From a virus, in the IMG/VR virus record IMGVR_UViG_3300025929_000013, positions 44,848 through 108,847 of that record: a stretch of 64,000 nt of DNA. One strand, 5' to 3'. How positions within the stretch are numbered: position 1 is the first letter of the stretch; each line of letters opens with the position of its first letter. The notes beneath the pieces are model-generated. The model saw only the letters and a list, made by a program, of their open reading frames with translations, was not told the origin of the DNA and did no database searches. A program made the position numbers and the translations under genes. This document shows positions 25,958 through 35,928 of the stretch, one piece after another.

Positions 25958-27607
25958 TTACGTATCGGGTTGTGCATACATGATCTGGTACGGAACCCCG
26001 AGGGGGACCGCCTGGCTTACAAGGCCGTTTAGACGGTATTGCAGGGCGCGGAAGTCGCGGTAGTAGTGCGAGCGCGAGCGGTACGCGGCGGCTTCCCACA
26101 GGTAGTCCGGTGAGGGTTCGGCGGCGTCGAAGTAGGGGTTGAGCAGAGGCGAGCGCTCGATCATCGCGTCGTCGACCCACCAGGTCACGTTCGCCGCATG
26201 CGCGTCCCAGTCGGCCTGCGCGACATAGATCCAGACCCCCACGTCCCCGGACGCCGACAGCGGCACGGTGAAGGTGACCCACAGCCGGTACCAGCCGCCC
26301 TCGATCACGGTCGTGGTGGCGGTGGAGTTTCCCAACACGATGTCGGCGCTGTTGCCGCCGATCGCGGCGTACAGGTTGATCGCCGGGCTGCCCGCCTGGG
26401 GCAGGATGTACACGCTCATGGTGTAGGTCGCGCCGGGCCGCAGCTGCGCGGTGCCGGAGGTGGGCTGCCCCAGGGTGCCGGTGCCGGGCGCCAGGGAGCC
26501 GCCGCTGTAGTGCGCGTCGATCTTCGCGGCGCCCACGTGGGTGCGCCCGACCCCGGCGTCCACGCCATAGGTGGTCCCGGCCCCGCCGCCCTGCTGGTAC
26601 CAGCCGTAGGTGTCCACGTCGAAGCTGGGATTGAGGACCTCGTTGACGCGGTTGGCGGCGACGGTGACGATCTGCTCGCGCGCCGGTTGGAACGCGCTGG
26701 GCGCGATGCGTGCGGCGATGTTGTTGCAGGTGATGCGGTGCACGTCGACATACGCGATCTCGCCGTCGCCGATCGCGGCGGGGGTGATGTGCGGTACGAC
26801 CGCGACGTACGCGGTGCCGGAGGGGGCGGTGGCGGTGGCGGTGGACTGCTGGTAGACGTAGCCGCCGGGGTGGGTGGCGTACGCGGTGTAGCTCCAGGTG
26901 CCGATGATGTTGAAGCTGGAGTCGTAGAAGTGGATCCCGGCGGTCCACTGCGCGTTGGCGCGCGGCAGGGCGACGTACACGGACCCGGTGATCTCCTGGC
27001 CCGGCGCGCAGGTCGCCATCGCCGCCTGGTTCGGCTTCATCGAGTACTGCGGCAGTCCGCCGTTGTTGGTCAGCTTTCCGCACCAGGCGCCGGTCAGCGG
27101 GCGGTCCTGGCTGCGGTCGACCGTCGCGTCGAAGATCGTCATGCCGGAGAAGACCGCGTCGCGCGAGTACACCAGCTTGGTGCGGTAGTCCGCGGCGTCG
27201 GCGGACAGCAGGTTGCCGAGGTTGATGCTCTCGACCTGCGCGGCGGTGATCGCGGCGGCGGTCGGCGCGGTCCAGGTGGCGCGGATCGCGGCGTTCACGG
27301 CCCCGTTCCACAAGGTCCCCAGGGCGGTGGTGTAGGTGATCGGGGCGGTCGCGGCGGCGTAGGCGCGCGAGTTGGGGGCGCCGGTGCCCAGCGCGAGCAG
27401 GCAGCTGACGGCGGGGTCGACCGCGGTCGCGTCCCAGATCCCGAAGTCGTTGATCGCGCCGACCGGCAGCACGATCGTGTCGGCGGCGGACCCGGAGGAC
27501 TGGCTCAGCCCCCGCGCGGACAGCGCGCCGGGCACGCGCAGCAGGGGGGTGGCGGCGTTGCCGGTGCTGTGCGAGGCGCCGGAGGCGGTGTCCGCGATCG
27601 TGGGCAT
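25958..27607 (-). CDS. minor tail protein with CBM-like beta-sandwich domains
   Basis: NEVLNPSFD, YTMSVY, WYRL, WVDDAMIE, PYFD; end of the tail module. Confidence 0.75.
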   Translation of the reverse strand: MPTIADTASGASHSTGNAATPLLRVPGALSARGLSQSSGSAADTIVLPVGAINDFGIWDATAVDPAVSCLLALGTGAPNSRAYAAATAPITYTTALGTLWNGAVNAAIRATWTAPTAAAITAAQVESINLGNLLSADAADYRTKLVYSRDAVFSGMTIFDATVDRSQDRPLTGAWCGKLTNNGGLPQYSMKPNQAAMATCAPGQEITGSVYVALPRANAQWTAGIHFYDSSFNIIGTWSYTAYATHPGGYVYQQSTATATAPSGTAYVAVVPHITPAAIGDGEIAYVDVHRITCNNIAARIAPSAFQPAREQIVTVAANRVNEVLNPSFDVDTYGWYQQGGGAGTTYGVDAGVGRTHVGAAKIDAHYSGGSLAPGTGTLGQPTSGTAQLRPGATYTMSVYILPQAGSPAINLYAAIGGNSADIVLGNSTATTTVIEGGWYRLWVTFTVPLSASGDVGVWIYVAQADWDAHAANVTWWVDDAMIERSPLLNPYFDAAEPSPDYLWEAAAYRSRSHYYRDFRALQYRLNGLVSQAVPLGVPYQIMYAQPDT

Positions 27608-27608
27608 G

Positions 27609-28700
27609 TCAGAACACCTGGTCGTAAATGCCGTGGCGCACGGCGGTGGAGTTGAACGAGTCGCTAACGGTGGTCACCAGCGTCGGCGCACCCGAGGAGC
27701 CGGGGTAGGCGTATACGCGGATGGTCGAGCCGACCGCCTGCACGTAATAGCGGCTGCCGGTCGGCAGCCGGGTGTAGGTGGCCGCGGTGGACAGGACCCC
27801 GGCGGTCATCTTCTGCACCTTGGAGCGTGAGCACATCCAGTAATTGCTGGCATCCGAGAGCCGGAACAGGATGCCGTTGTCCTCGACCGAGGGGTTGGTC
27901 ACGTCCGACTGGGCGGTCTGCCCGACGCAGCAGTCCGCGCGGGTGTCGGCGACGTAGAGGAGTTTGATTTTCTGGGCGCCGGACCAGGAGGGGTTCTTCA
28001 CCAGCACCCCGCCGGTGATCTGCCAGTACCCGACCGGGTTCGCCGTCCAGGTAAGTCCGAGGGTGTTGCCGCTGCTCGCGTTCATCTCCGGGATCGGCGC
28101 GGCCAGGCGCTGATAGCAGGGCAGTGCGACCACCGCGCCGCCGGGGGTCATCCCGCCGGGCACCGCGATCAGGCTGCCGCCCGCGTCGTACCATTCGATG
28201 CCCGCGTACACGGTGGCGGCGTACGGGCTTCCGGCGACGTAGAAGCTGGCCAGCTGCCCGGTGAACCCCGCGCCGGTGGAGAACTCCCACGCGCTGTTGC
28301 TGTCCGGGGTCGGCGGCGGTGCGGCGCCCTGGGATCCGGCGGGGGCGATGAACTGGTTGGGGCCGTAGTTCACCACCGCGCCGGGCGCGAACACCGTGGA
28401 GGCGTCCCACGCCGGGATGTAGGGCAGCGGGATGGCGCTGGCCGCGACCAGCCCCTTGTCCGGGCTCGTATACGCACTGAACGCCCAGGTGCCCGGCGCG
28501 GGCGGGGAGACGTTGGTGTTGGCGAGCAGCGCCTGGTACTGGCGGGTGTCCGTACCGGTCACGATCGCCCCCGCGGAGTATGCGGTGGCCGAGCTCCAGG
28601 AGGTGATCAGCGGGTATTCGGCGCTGGAGAGGGCCGCGACGCCGCTGGTGGTGGGGGTGGCGATCAGCCAGATCTGGTTCGCGATCGGAACGGTGGTCAT
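27609..28700 (-). CDS. minor tail protein with CBM5/12-like repeats
   Basis: ATG 28700; WSSATAYSAGAIV and WDASTVFAPGAVVNY repeats. Confidence 0.75.
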   Translation of the reverse strand: MTTVPIANQIWLIATPTTSGVAALSSAEYPLITSWSSATAYSAGAIVTGTDTRQYQALLANTNVSPPAPGTWAFSAYTSPDKGLVAASAIPLPYIPAWDASTVFAPGAVVNYGPNQFIAPAGSQGAAPPPTPDSNSAWEFSTGAGFTGQLASFYVAGSPYAATVYAGIEWYDAGGSLIAVPGGMTPGGAVVALPCYQRLAAPIPEMNASSGNTLGLTWTANPVGYWQITGGVLVKNPSWSGAQKIKLLYVADTRADCCVGQTAQSDVTNPSVEDNGILFRLSDASNYWMCSRSKVQKMTAGVLSTAATYTRLPTGSRYYVQAVGSTIRVYAYPGSSGAPTLVTTVSDSFNSTAVRHGIYDQVF

Positions 28701-28702
28701 GC

Positions 28703-30343
28703 TCAGGCCCCCAGGTATCCGGTGGCCAGGGTGGTGCTGACGCCGACCGCGCTCCAGGTGCCCATGCCGCCGGTGACCGGGTTGAGGTAGGTGACCGAGT
28801 CGGTGTACGCCTGGGAGGAGGACCACTGCGCCGCGGACGTGCTCGCGCCGGTGGGCGGGTTGCCGGGCGCGTAGATCAAGGGGTTCTCGTTGAAGGTGAT
28901 GGTGGAGAACAGCAGGTCGTACGCGGAGGCGGAGGCGTTCTTGGAGGCGACGCTCAGGGTCAGGGTGTGCGCGCCCGCGATCAGCGCCACCGGCGTGGTG
29001 CCCAGGGTGACCGAGCCGTTGGACGCCTTGTACAGGTCGTAGGACGCCTGGTAGGTGGTGGGCTGGGTCTGTCCGCGCAGCAGGTTGAGCTTGCCCACCT
29101 GCACCGCGGCGCCGTCGATCGCGGCGGTCAAGATGCCGCTGTCCGCGCCGGTGCCCAGCACCAGGACCGCGGTGACCGAGCCGTTGCCCAGGACCGTGAA
29201 CGGGACGCTGACCACGGTGGTGGGCCCCGCGGCGTTGGTCTCCTTCACATACGAGACGCTGGACACCGTCACCACGCTCAGGGCGTTGGGTGCGCCGGTC
29301 ACCGCGTCGGCGACGTAGTTGCCGGTGTTGACGGTGCTCACGGAGGACACGCAGGTGTAGCGCACGCCCAGGTAGATCACTTCGTCGCCGGGTTTGTACG
29401 CCCCGGCGGGGTTCCACGGTGTGGGCGGCGGGGAGTAGAACGCGGACTGGTCCTGGGTGAGCACCTCGTTCACCCCGGTCGCCACCGTGGCCTTGAGGCC
29501 CGTGGCGGCGTGCACGCTGTCGGCCAGGCCCGCGGCGGTGCCCTTCTCCTGGTTCAGGCGGGCGGCGCGCTGGGTGCGCAGGCGCTGGTAGCGCGCGGAG
29601 GACGCGAGCTCGGGGTTGATGCCCAGGCCCTGGCCCAGCTCGTAGAGCCGGTCCTGGCGGGTGGTGAGGATCGCGTCGACTTCGAGCAGGTCGTCGAGCT
29701 CGGTGTGCATCTGCGCGAAACCGAATCCGAGGATGGACAGAAAAGCGGTCAGATCCGCGTTGGGGTCGGAGACGTCGGTGCTGGTGCCCGGCAGAGCCTT
29801 GTAGGGCGCGGGCACCAGGGATTCGAGCAGCGCGGTGTAGCCGTAGTCGCGCACACTGAGGCACGCGACGGATCCGGCGGCGCGGTAGAGGGTGGTCTCG
29901 AAGCTGACGGACCACACGGTGGAATCCGTGCCGGGGGTCACGTTCAGGGTGTAGGGCACCAGGCAGGACCACACCGATCCGCCGTGCGCGACCCGGTCCC
30001 CGGTGCCGTAGGTCAGCGCCGCCGACCACGCCGGGAAGGGTGTGGCGAGGAAGAACGTGTAGTACCAGTAGCCGGGCGGCAAGTCGGTGTCGGCGTAGTC
30101 GCTGCGCAGCGTGCTGACGGGGAAGCTGGCCAGCTGTACGCCGTCGGTGATCGCGACGGGGTAGCCGTAGCCGGAGCGCACGAGGGTGAGCTGTGTCCAG
30201 TCGGCCAGGGGCGGGGTGTCCCAGGACAGGGTGATGCGCCCGTAGTCGCTCTGGACGGCGGTCAGGTTGGTGACGTGGTAGTCCAGGTCCTGGGGCGCGC
30301 CGTAGAGGGTCTTGCCGTAGACGTCGATGCCGTAGGTGGCCAC
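28703..30343 (-). CDS. baseplate/tail protein (P2 gpI-like) with CBM5/12-like repeats
   Basis: DLTAFLSILG...LYELGQGLG...EKGT; WSAALTYGTGDRV and WNPAGAYKPGDEV. Confidence 0.75.
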   Translation of the reverse strand: MATYGIDVYGKTLYGAPQDLDYHVTNLTAVQSDYGRITLSWDTPPLADWTQLTLVRSGYGYPVAITDGVQLASFPVSTLRSDYADTDLPPGYWYYTFFLATPFPAWSAALTYGTGDRVAHGGSVWSCLVPYTLNVTPGTDSTVWSVSFETTLYRAAGSVACLSVRDYGYTALLESLVPAPYKALPGTSTDVSDPNADLTAFLSILGFGFAQMHTELDDLLEVDAILTTRQDRLYELGQGLGINPELASSARYQRLRTQRAARLNQEKGTAAGLADSVHAATGLKATVATGVNEVLTQDQSAFYSPPPTPWNPAGAYKPGDEVIYLGVRYTCVSSVSTVNTGNYVADAVTGAPNALSVVTVSSVSYVKETNAAGPTTVVSVPFTVLGNGSVTAVLVLGTGADSGILTAAIDGAAVQVGKLNLLRGQTQPTTYQASYDLYKASNGSVTLGTTPVALIAGAHTLTLSVASKNASASAYDLLFSTITFNENPLIYAPGNPPTGASTSAAQWSSSQAYTDSVTYLNPVTGGMGTWSAVGVSTTLATGYLGA

Positions 30344-30344
30344 G

Positions 30345-31109
30345 TCAGATCCCCGGCACCGGGCGCACGTAGGTGGCCGTGAGCGTCGCGACGCCGCTGC
30401 ACGTGCCGTTGTACTGCCCGATCTGCACCGTGAGGACGTCGCCCTGGTGCAGCGGCCCGTCGTAGGACACGGTGGGCAGGTGGGTGGCCAGGTACACCGG
30501 CTGATACGGGATGTGCGAGGCGTGCTGCTTGACCAGGGAGCCGTTGACGTGGAAGCGCACGATGACGTCCTGGAACGCGATCGGCACCGGCAGCAGCGCG
30601 GAGGCGTTCAGGACGTTCTGCGCGGAGGACAGGGCGACCTCGTCGACCGCCGCGGAGAAGCCGACGTCGATGTGGTACCAGCCGCCGAGCACGCTGGTGA
30701 TGTGCGAGCCGCCGGACCACATCCGGAACGGGTCCTGCACCGGGACGCTGGTCCAGTTGATCAGCCCGAAGTTCGCCGGGCCGGGCAGCGTGAGCCGGTT
30801 GGGGGTCACCCCGCCCTGGCTCAGGCTCAAGACCGGGGTGTTCCAGCCGTTCGCGGACGCGGTGACCAGGTTGCTGATCTGGGTCTGAAGGCTGAGCAGG
30901 GTGGTGTCGTGGTGGTCCAGGCGCGCGCCGACGTTGGCGTAGACCACCGCGGAGGAGCCGACGGGGGCGTAGATGTGGGGGTTGACGCCCAGGGTCTGCT
31001 GGGTGGCGCCCAGCTCGTCCTGGAGGGCGTTGACGTCGTTGGCGTCGACCGTGGTGATCTGGTCGCGTTTGGTGGAGTAGGTGCGCACCGCGCCCGGGTA
31101 GACCGCCAT
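30345..31109 (-). CDS. tail/baseplate-associated structural protein
   Basis: ATG 31109; DANDVNALQDEL..Q.TLG; beta-rich C-terminus. Confidence 0.7.
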   Translation of the reverse strand: MAVYPGAVRTYSTKRDQITTVDANDVNALQDELGATQQTLGVNPHIYAPVGSSAVVYANVGARLDHHDTTLLSLQTQISNLVTASANGWNTPVLSLSQGGVTPNRLTLPGPANFGLINWTSVPVQDPFRMWSGGSHITSVLGGWYHIDVGFSAAVDEVALSSAQNVLNASALLPVPIAFQDVIVRFHVNGSLVKQHASHIPYQPVYLATHLPTVSYDGPLHQGDVLTVQIGQYNGTCSGVATLTATYVRPVPGI

Positions 31110-32611
31110 TACACGCCTCCCGTGGCGTTGATCGTGAAGGTTCCGGCGGCCGGGCACTCCCAGGCGCGGAAGAACGCGTCGAAGGTCCCGGTCTGGGGCA
31201 GGTCGCTGCGCGCGAACACGGGGATGTTGACCAGCGACACCCCGGGTACGGCGTCGACCGCGGCGTAGATCGCGGACAGCGGCACCAGCTCGCCGAAGTC
31301 GACCGCGTCCGGCGCGAACACCGCCTGGAGCGCGGCCGTCACCGCGCCGAGGGTGGCGGCGCGGTTGTAGGAGGGCTGCACGTAGAGCTGCACCGGGGAC
31401 GCCGAGGTGCCGATGTTGACGCTCACCACCGTGCCCGCCTGCACGCTCACGCTCATCCCGGCCACCACCAGGGGCGCGAGGGTGTTCTGGACCTGGGTGA
31501 TCAGGGCGGTGGTGGGGGCCGAGCGCTGGGCGGCCAGGATGTACACGGTCACCGCGCCGGTGCCGGAGCTGATCGCGGAGGCCTTGGACACGGCGGACAG
31601 CGAGAGTGCGGCGTCGGCGTAGTCGGCGAGGGTGACGCAGCGTTTCTGGGTGCGCCACGCGCGCGGGGCGTTGATGCGGATCGAGTCAAGGGACTCGGCG
31701 TCGGCGCCGCCGAGGGTCTGGCTGGAGGACTGCACGGTGACCCCGGTGACCGCGTGCGCCAGGTCGGTGATGGAGCCCGCGGCCAGGTTGCCGTAGGCGC
31801 CGCCGCCGACGCGGTAGGACGCGGAGATAACGACCCCGCTCGGCGGGACCATCCCGTTGACGCCGTCGCCGAAGACGATGGTGGACGCGCCGGTGGCGTC
31901 GGTGGCCACGCTGTAGACGGTGTCGGTGGGGCCCGCGTCCAGCAGGCTGTCGGTCGCGCTCCACACCGCGGGGCCGCCGGGCAGCTGCACGATCACGACC
32001 AGGGTCGGGGGCAATAGCGGCGCGGTCGGCAGCGCGAAGGACTGCCCGGCCACCCCCGTGCTGGTGCCCAGGTCCAGCACCTGGTAGGTGGTCGCGGACG
32101 CGACGCCGATCGAGACGGTCAGGGCGTAGTGGCCCTGGTCCTTGCCCTGGGTGACGTTCGCGGTGACGCTGCCCCCGGCGGCCGGGACGGTGGTGTCGGC
32201 GTCCAGCTCGAAGGTGATGTTCCCGTCCACGCTGGCCTGGTAGCCGGTGATCAGCTGGGTGGCGGCGGGCAGCAGGATGGAGCCGGTCGTGCCGGGGTCC
32301 GAGACCAGGGTGACCGTGCCCGTCGCGGGCAGGGCTGGCGAGGGGGTGTATCCGATCAGGGCGGCCAAGTTCAGCACGCTGGCGCGCTGGGTGGCGGTAG
32401 CCAGGAAGGCCTCGTTGGCGATGCGGTCCTGGTAGTAGGACAGGATGTCGCCCACGTAGCTGATCATGTCCGTGAACAGGACGCCGAAGTCCCCGGTGTC
32501 CCGCGACGTCCACTGGGGCATCGCAAGGTCCGCATACGCGAAGAGCGACTGCTGGAACCCGGTGAAGTCCTTGCTGATGTAGTCGACGACGTTCGGCAGC
32601 GGCGTGCCCAC
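31109..32611 (-). CDS. baseplate J/gp47-like wedge protein
   Basis: DYISKDF, DILSYYQDRIANEAFLATA, FGDGVNG, GGADAES...RCVTLADY. Confidence 0.92.
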   Translation of the reverse strand: MGTPLPNVVDYISKDFTGFQQSLFAYADLAMPQWTSRDTGDFGVLFTDMISYVGDILSYYQDRIANEAFLATATQRASVLNLAALIGYTPSPALPATGTVTLVSDPGTTGSILLPAATQLITGYQASVDGNITFELDADTTVPAAGGSVTANVTQGKDQGHYALTVSIGVASATTYQVLDLGTSTGVAGQSFALPTAPLLPPTLVVIVQLPGGPAVWSATDSLLDAGPTDTVYSVATDATGASTIVFGDGVNGMVPPSGVVISASYRVGGGAYGNLAAGSITDLAHAVTGVTVQSSSQTLGGADAESLDSIRINAPRAWRTQKRCVTLADYADAALSLSAVSKASAISSGTGAVTVYILAAQRSAPTTALITQVQNTLAPLVVAGMSVSVQAGTVVSVNIGTSASPVQLYVQPSYNRAATLGAVTAALQAVFAPDAVDFGELVPLSAIYAAVDAVPGVSLVNIPVFARSDLPQTGTFDAFFRAWECPAAGTFTINATGGV

Positions 32612-32690
32612 GCGGCGGAGCCTCCCGTCCCAAAATGCGGTTACGAGCAGGCTCCGAATGGTGTGGTGCTTACATCAGTCTAGAAGGTGC

Positions 32691-33116
32691 TCAGGGCTGC
32701 GTGGTGCTGGCGTAGTCGGTCACGGTGCCCCCGACGCCGACGCGCACGGTGGTGTGCGCGCTGGGCCGGGCCAGGGCGTCGTCCTTGCGCGCGGCGTCCG
32801 CGATCACGCCCGCGATGCCCGTGCCGGTGGCGTCCATGACCGGGGTGATGCTTTTGAGCACGGCGGTCGGCTCGTACACGGTCATCGCCTGCTGTACGTC
32901 GTGCCCGATCTCCGTGACCGCCATGGGGTCGCGGAAGGTGAACAGCAGGTGCGCGGTCGCCACCCCGAAGCCGACGGCGGCCACGCGCTGGCCGGGCTGG
33001 GTGGAGGCCAGGGCGGTGACCCGGTCGCGCAGCTGCGCGGTGGCCGAGGGCTGGACGCCGACCGCGCCGCTCTGGTCGATCGCGAACGGCAGCGACACGG
33101 CGACGGGCTGGGCCAT
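32691..33116 (-). CDS. gp25/GPW-like baseplate protein
   Basis: SLPF...TQPGQRV...FG...YEP. Confidence 0.8.
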   Translation of the reverse strand: MAQPVAVSLPFAIDQSGAVGVQPSATAQLRDRVTALASTQPGQRVAAVGFGVATAHLLFTFRDPMAVTEIGHDVQQAMTVYEPTAVLKSITPVMDATGTGIAGVIADAARKDDALARPSAHTTVRVGVGGTVTDYASTTQP

Positions 33117-33126
33117 GACAGCCTCC

Positions 33127-33684
33127 TCACAAAGTCGAGTAACTGAGTGTATTGAGGAACAGTTGCGCGGTGCCGGTGTAGGACACCGCGCCGCCGACCC
33201 AGGTCAGGTTTCCCGAGGTGTCGGCCAGCAGCGTGTCCAGCACCGGCGTGGGGGTCAGCAGCACCACCCCGGCGTACGCGGGCACCGCGGGCACGGGCAG
33301 GGCGCCGGTGAGTACGGCGGTGCTGGCGCCGAACACGACGCTGCTGGTGGCCAGCGCCCCGCGCCACTGCACCTGCCCGCCGGGCCCGAGCCGGTACTGA
33401 GCGGTGCCCGCGCTCCACCCGGCCGCGAGCCACGCGGCGGCGGGGGCGGCCCAGGGGCTGTAGACGGGCCCCGCATGGTAGACGGGCTTTGAGGCGTCGC
33501 CGACGTCCAGGGAGACCCACACGGTGGATCCGGGGATGGGGGCGGGGCCGTGGGTGCGCACGGTGGGCGCGGCCCACGCGGACACGGCGCCCCCGGCGAC
33601 CTGCGGGATCAGGACTTTGATGCGGCCCTGGCCGAGCGGGTCGGTGGTGGCCGCGACGTGCGCCTCGTAGATCTCGCCGCTCAT
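33127..33684 (-). CDS. baseplate spike (gpV/gp5 OB-fold)
   Basis: DPLGQGRIKVLIPQV...WA...PGSTVWV...GD.SKPVY; ATG 33684. Confidence 0.85.
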   Translation of the reverse strand: MSGEIYEAHVAATTDPLGQGRIKVLIPQVAGGAVSAWAAPTVRTHGPAPIPGSTVWVSLDVGDASKPVYHAGPVYSPWAAPAAAWLAAGWSAGTAQYRLGPGGQVQWRGALATSSVVFGASTAVLTGALPVPAVPAYAGVVLLTPTPVLDTLLADTSGNLTWVGGAVSYTGTAQLFLNTLSYSTL

Positions 33685-34898
33685 GCGCCGCTGCCGTAGA
33701 ACGCCGCCCGCCACGCCGAGCCGCTGAGCACCATCGCGCCGGGCGCCGGGGCCACCGGGCGCGGGCTGGTCAGGTTCAGGGCGCCCTCCTGGTCGCGGCC
33801 GAGCTCAAGGTCGATGTGGTAGGTGTTGTGGGCTTTGAGCAGCGGGTCGAGGGTGATGCGGTGGGTGGCCTGGCAGATGCGCCACAGGCCCTGGTCGGCG
33901 CCGGGCAGCGCGCGCCCGGCCAGGCGCACGGTGCGTCCCGGGCGCAGGCGGGTGTCGCCGTCGCAGCTCGCGCAGGCGCTGACCCAGTAGCGCTGGGTGG
34001 ACATCGCCGCGTTGGCGATGTCCTGGGCCTCGGCGTAGGAGGAGGCCACGGAGCCCTTGACCACCCGGGCGAACGCGGGCGGCGCGCTGGCGCCGGGTGA
34101 GGTGCGCGTCGGGATGGCGGAGGCGGTGGCCAGCTGCCCCGAGGAGCTGCGCAGGGTGTTGGCGCTGTACGAGGTCAGATACGAGCCGCTCGGGTCGGTC
34201 TCGCCCACGGTGGACTCGAACGCGCTCAGGGTGTCCCACACCCCGGGCTGCATGTCGCGGCGCAGCACCGGCGCGGAGAAACCCGCGGGGTCGATCGAGA
34301 CGGCCGGGTCGACGAAGTACACCAGGGAGTTGTCCACCCAGCACTGGAAGCCCACCTGGGCGGCGAGGTCCTGGAGGAAGGAGAAGTCCGAGACGGCGGC
34401 CTGGGTCTTGGCCGGGAAGATGCGGGGGCTGGGGGTGACGTAGGCGGCCAGCTGGTTCGCGGCGGCGATCTGGCGCGCGATCGCGGAGCCGGTGGTGTTC
34501 AGGAAGGAGCGGCTCACCGCGTTCTGCATCGGCATCGAGGACCCGGTCAGGGTGTACTGCACCGGCAGGGTCACCATCCCGGCGATGCGCGAGACGCCCT
34601 GGGTGCTCAGTTTCCGATGGCTCGCGACATACCCGTAGAAGTCGTAGGAGTCCGCGGGCGAGGAGGCGTAGGTGAAGTGCACCGGGGTGCGGTCCGCGAT
34701 GATCATCGAGGAGGGTACTGACTGCTCCAGCGCCTGGCGGTCCGCGGTGACCGGGGTCAGGACCGTGAGCTGCGCGATCGCGTGCTCGCCGACCGCGAGG
34801 CGGATCTGGGCGGCGACCGGCAGCCGGTGCGAGTCCAGCGCGGGGCTGCGCACGGTGAGGGCCGGGGCGAACGCGGGGGCGGGCAGGATGCTAGGCAT
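33681..34898 (-). CDS. baseplate hub (gpD/VgrG-like)
   Basis: FYGYV, SDFSFLQDLAAQVG, GDTRLRPG, GLW.I..ATH. Confidence 0.85.
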   Translation of the reverse strand: MPSILPAPAFAPALTVRSPALDSHRLPVAAQIRLAVGEHAIAQLTVLTPVTADRQALEQSVPSSMIIADRTPVHFTYASSPADSYDFYGYVASHRKLSTQGVSRIAGMVTLPVQYTLTGSSMPMQNAVSRSFLNTTGSAIARQIAAANQLAAYVTPSPRIFPAKTQAAVSDFSFLQDLAAQVGFQCWVDNSLVYFVDPAVSIDPAGFSAPVLRRDMQPGVWDTLSAFESTVGETDPSGSYLTSYSANTLRSSSGQLATASAIPTRTSPGASAPPAFARVVKGSVASSYAEAQDIANAAMSTQRYWVSACASCDGDTRLRPGRTVRLAGRALPGADQGLWRICQATHRITLDPLLKAHNTYHIDLELGRDQEGALNLTSPRPVAPAPGAMVLSGSAWRAAFYGSGA

Positions 34899-35166
34899 CG
34901 GGGATCCTGATCACGGTGCCCTGCGGGACGCTGAGCCAGTTCGCGATCTGGGGGTTGGCGTCCGCGAACACCCACCACAGCGCCTCCGCGCCGTAGAAGC
35001 GCTTGGCGACCAGGTCGACGCGGTCGTGCGCACCCCAGGTGTAGTACTGCACCGTGTAGGTCACGCCCTGCGGGGTCAGCGGCAGGATCGTGGGACGGGT
35101 GGTGCCCGCGGCGTCGGTGAGCGGGACGACGGTGTTGCGCGTGTAGCGCGAGGAGGAGGAGATCAT
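34891..35166 (-). CDS. LysM/tail-X-like baseplate protein
   Basis: DRVDLVAKRFYG..LWWVFADANP...GTVIRIP; ATG 35166. Confidence 0.85.
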   Translation of the reverse strand: MISSSSRYTRNTVVPLTDAAGTTRPTILPLTPQGVTYTVQYYTWGAHDRVDLVAKRFYGAEALWWVFADANPQIANWLSVPQGTVIRIPDA

Positions 35167-35915
35167 GCCGGGCTCGCCTGGGGCAGCAGGGTGAAGGACA
35201 GCGCCACGGCGCAGCGCATCGGCGTCATATTGGCCGAGAAATGAGTGTATTGAACATCGATACCTGATATGTAGCCGTAATAGGACAGGGAGTTCTGCGC
35301 GTACGCCGCGCCGAAATGGACCCACGCCGGGACCTGCTGCATGGGCCCGGTGACGTTGCTCTTCTGCGGATTGTTGTTGGCGTCGGTCCAGCTCACGCTC
35401 GCAACCTGCGTGGTGATCCCGGAAATCCTTTTCAGCGCGTTGACGTCGGCCAGGACGCCGATCTGGCGCGGGTCCTCCGCGGCGAACCGCCCGCCCGGCA
35501 GCGGGAACTGGTCAGGATAACTGTTCGGCAGGTTGGGGCCCTGCGGGATGCCCGTGTTGACTTCGAACGTGCGGTCGAACAGCAGGCTGAAGCTGAGGGT
35601 GGAGGCCAGCCCGATCAGGTAGACCCCGTTGTCCAGGGGGCTGCGGTTGTACTGCGGCAGGGTCAGGTTGGTGGCCGAGGAGTCGATCGTGTACGTGGTC
35701 TCCACCATCGACGGGTTGTATAAGAAAGCACATGCATATACGGGCGCGTTGTCTCCCGAGTAGTAGCTCTTGTCCTGTTTGATGTAGCCGCGCTGGAGGT
35801 TGTTGATCTCCTGCGGGAACAGGGTGCCCTTGGGCTGGACCGCGGTGGTGCCGATCAGCGGCAGCTGCAAGATCCTCGGGTCGAACGCCGCTTGCGGCCA
35901 GGCGTCCTCGATCAC
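35163..35915 (-). CDS. tail tube initiator-like protein
   Basis: FLYNP, LSFSLLFDR, YYGYISGIDVQYTHF...PMRC; GTG 35915. Confidence 0.7.
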   Translation of the reverse strand: MIEDAWPQAAFDPRILQLPLIGTTAVQPKGTLFPQEINNLQRGYIKQDKSYYSGDNAPVYACAFLYNPSMVETTYTIDSSATNLTLPQYNRSPLDNGVYLIGLASTLSFSLLFDRTFEVNTGIPQGPNLPNSYPDQFPLPGGRFAAEDPRQIGVLADVNALKRISGITTQVASVSWTDANNNPQKSNVTGPMQQVPAWVHFGAAYAQNSLSYYGYISGIDVQYTHFSANMTPMRCAVALSFTLLPQASPA

Positions 35916-35928
35916 GCTGTCACCTCGC

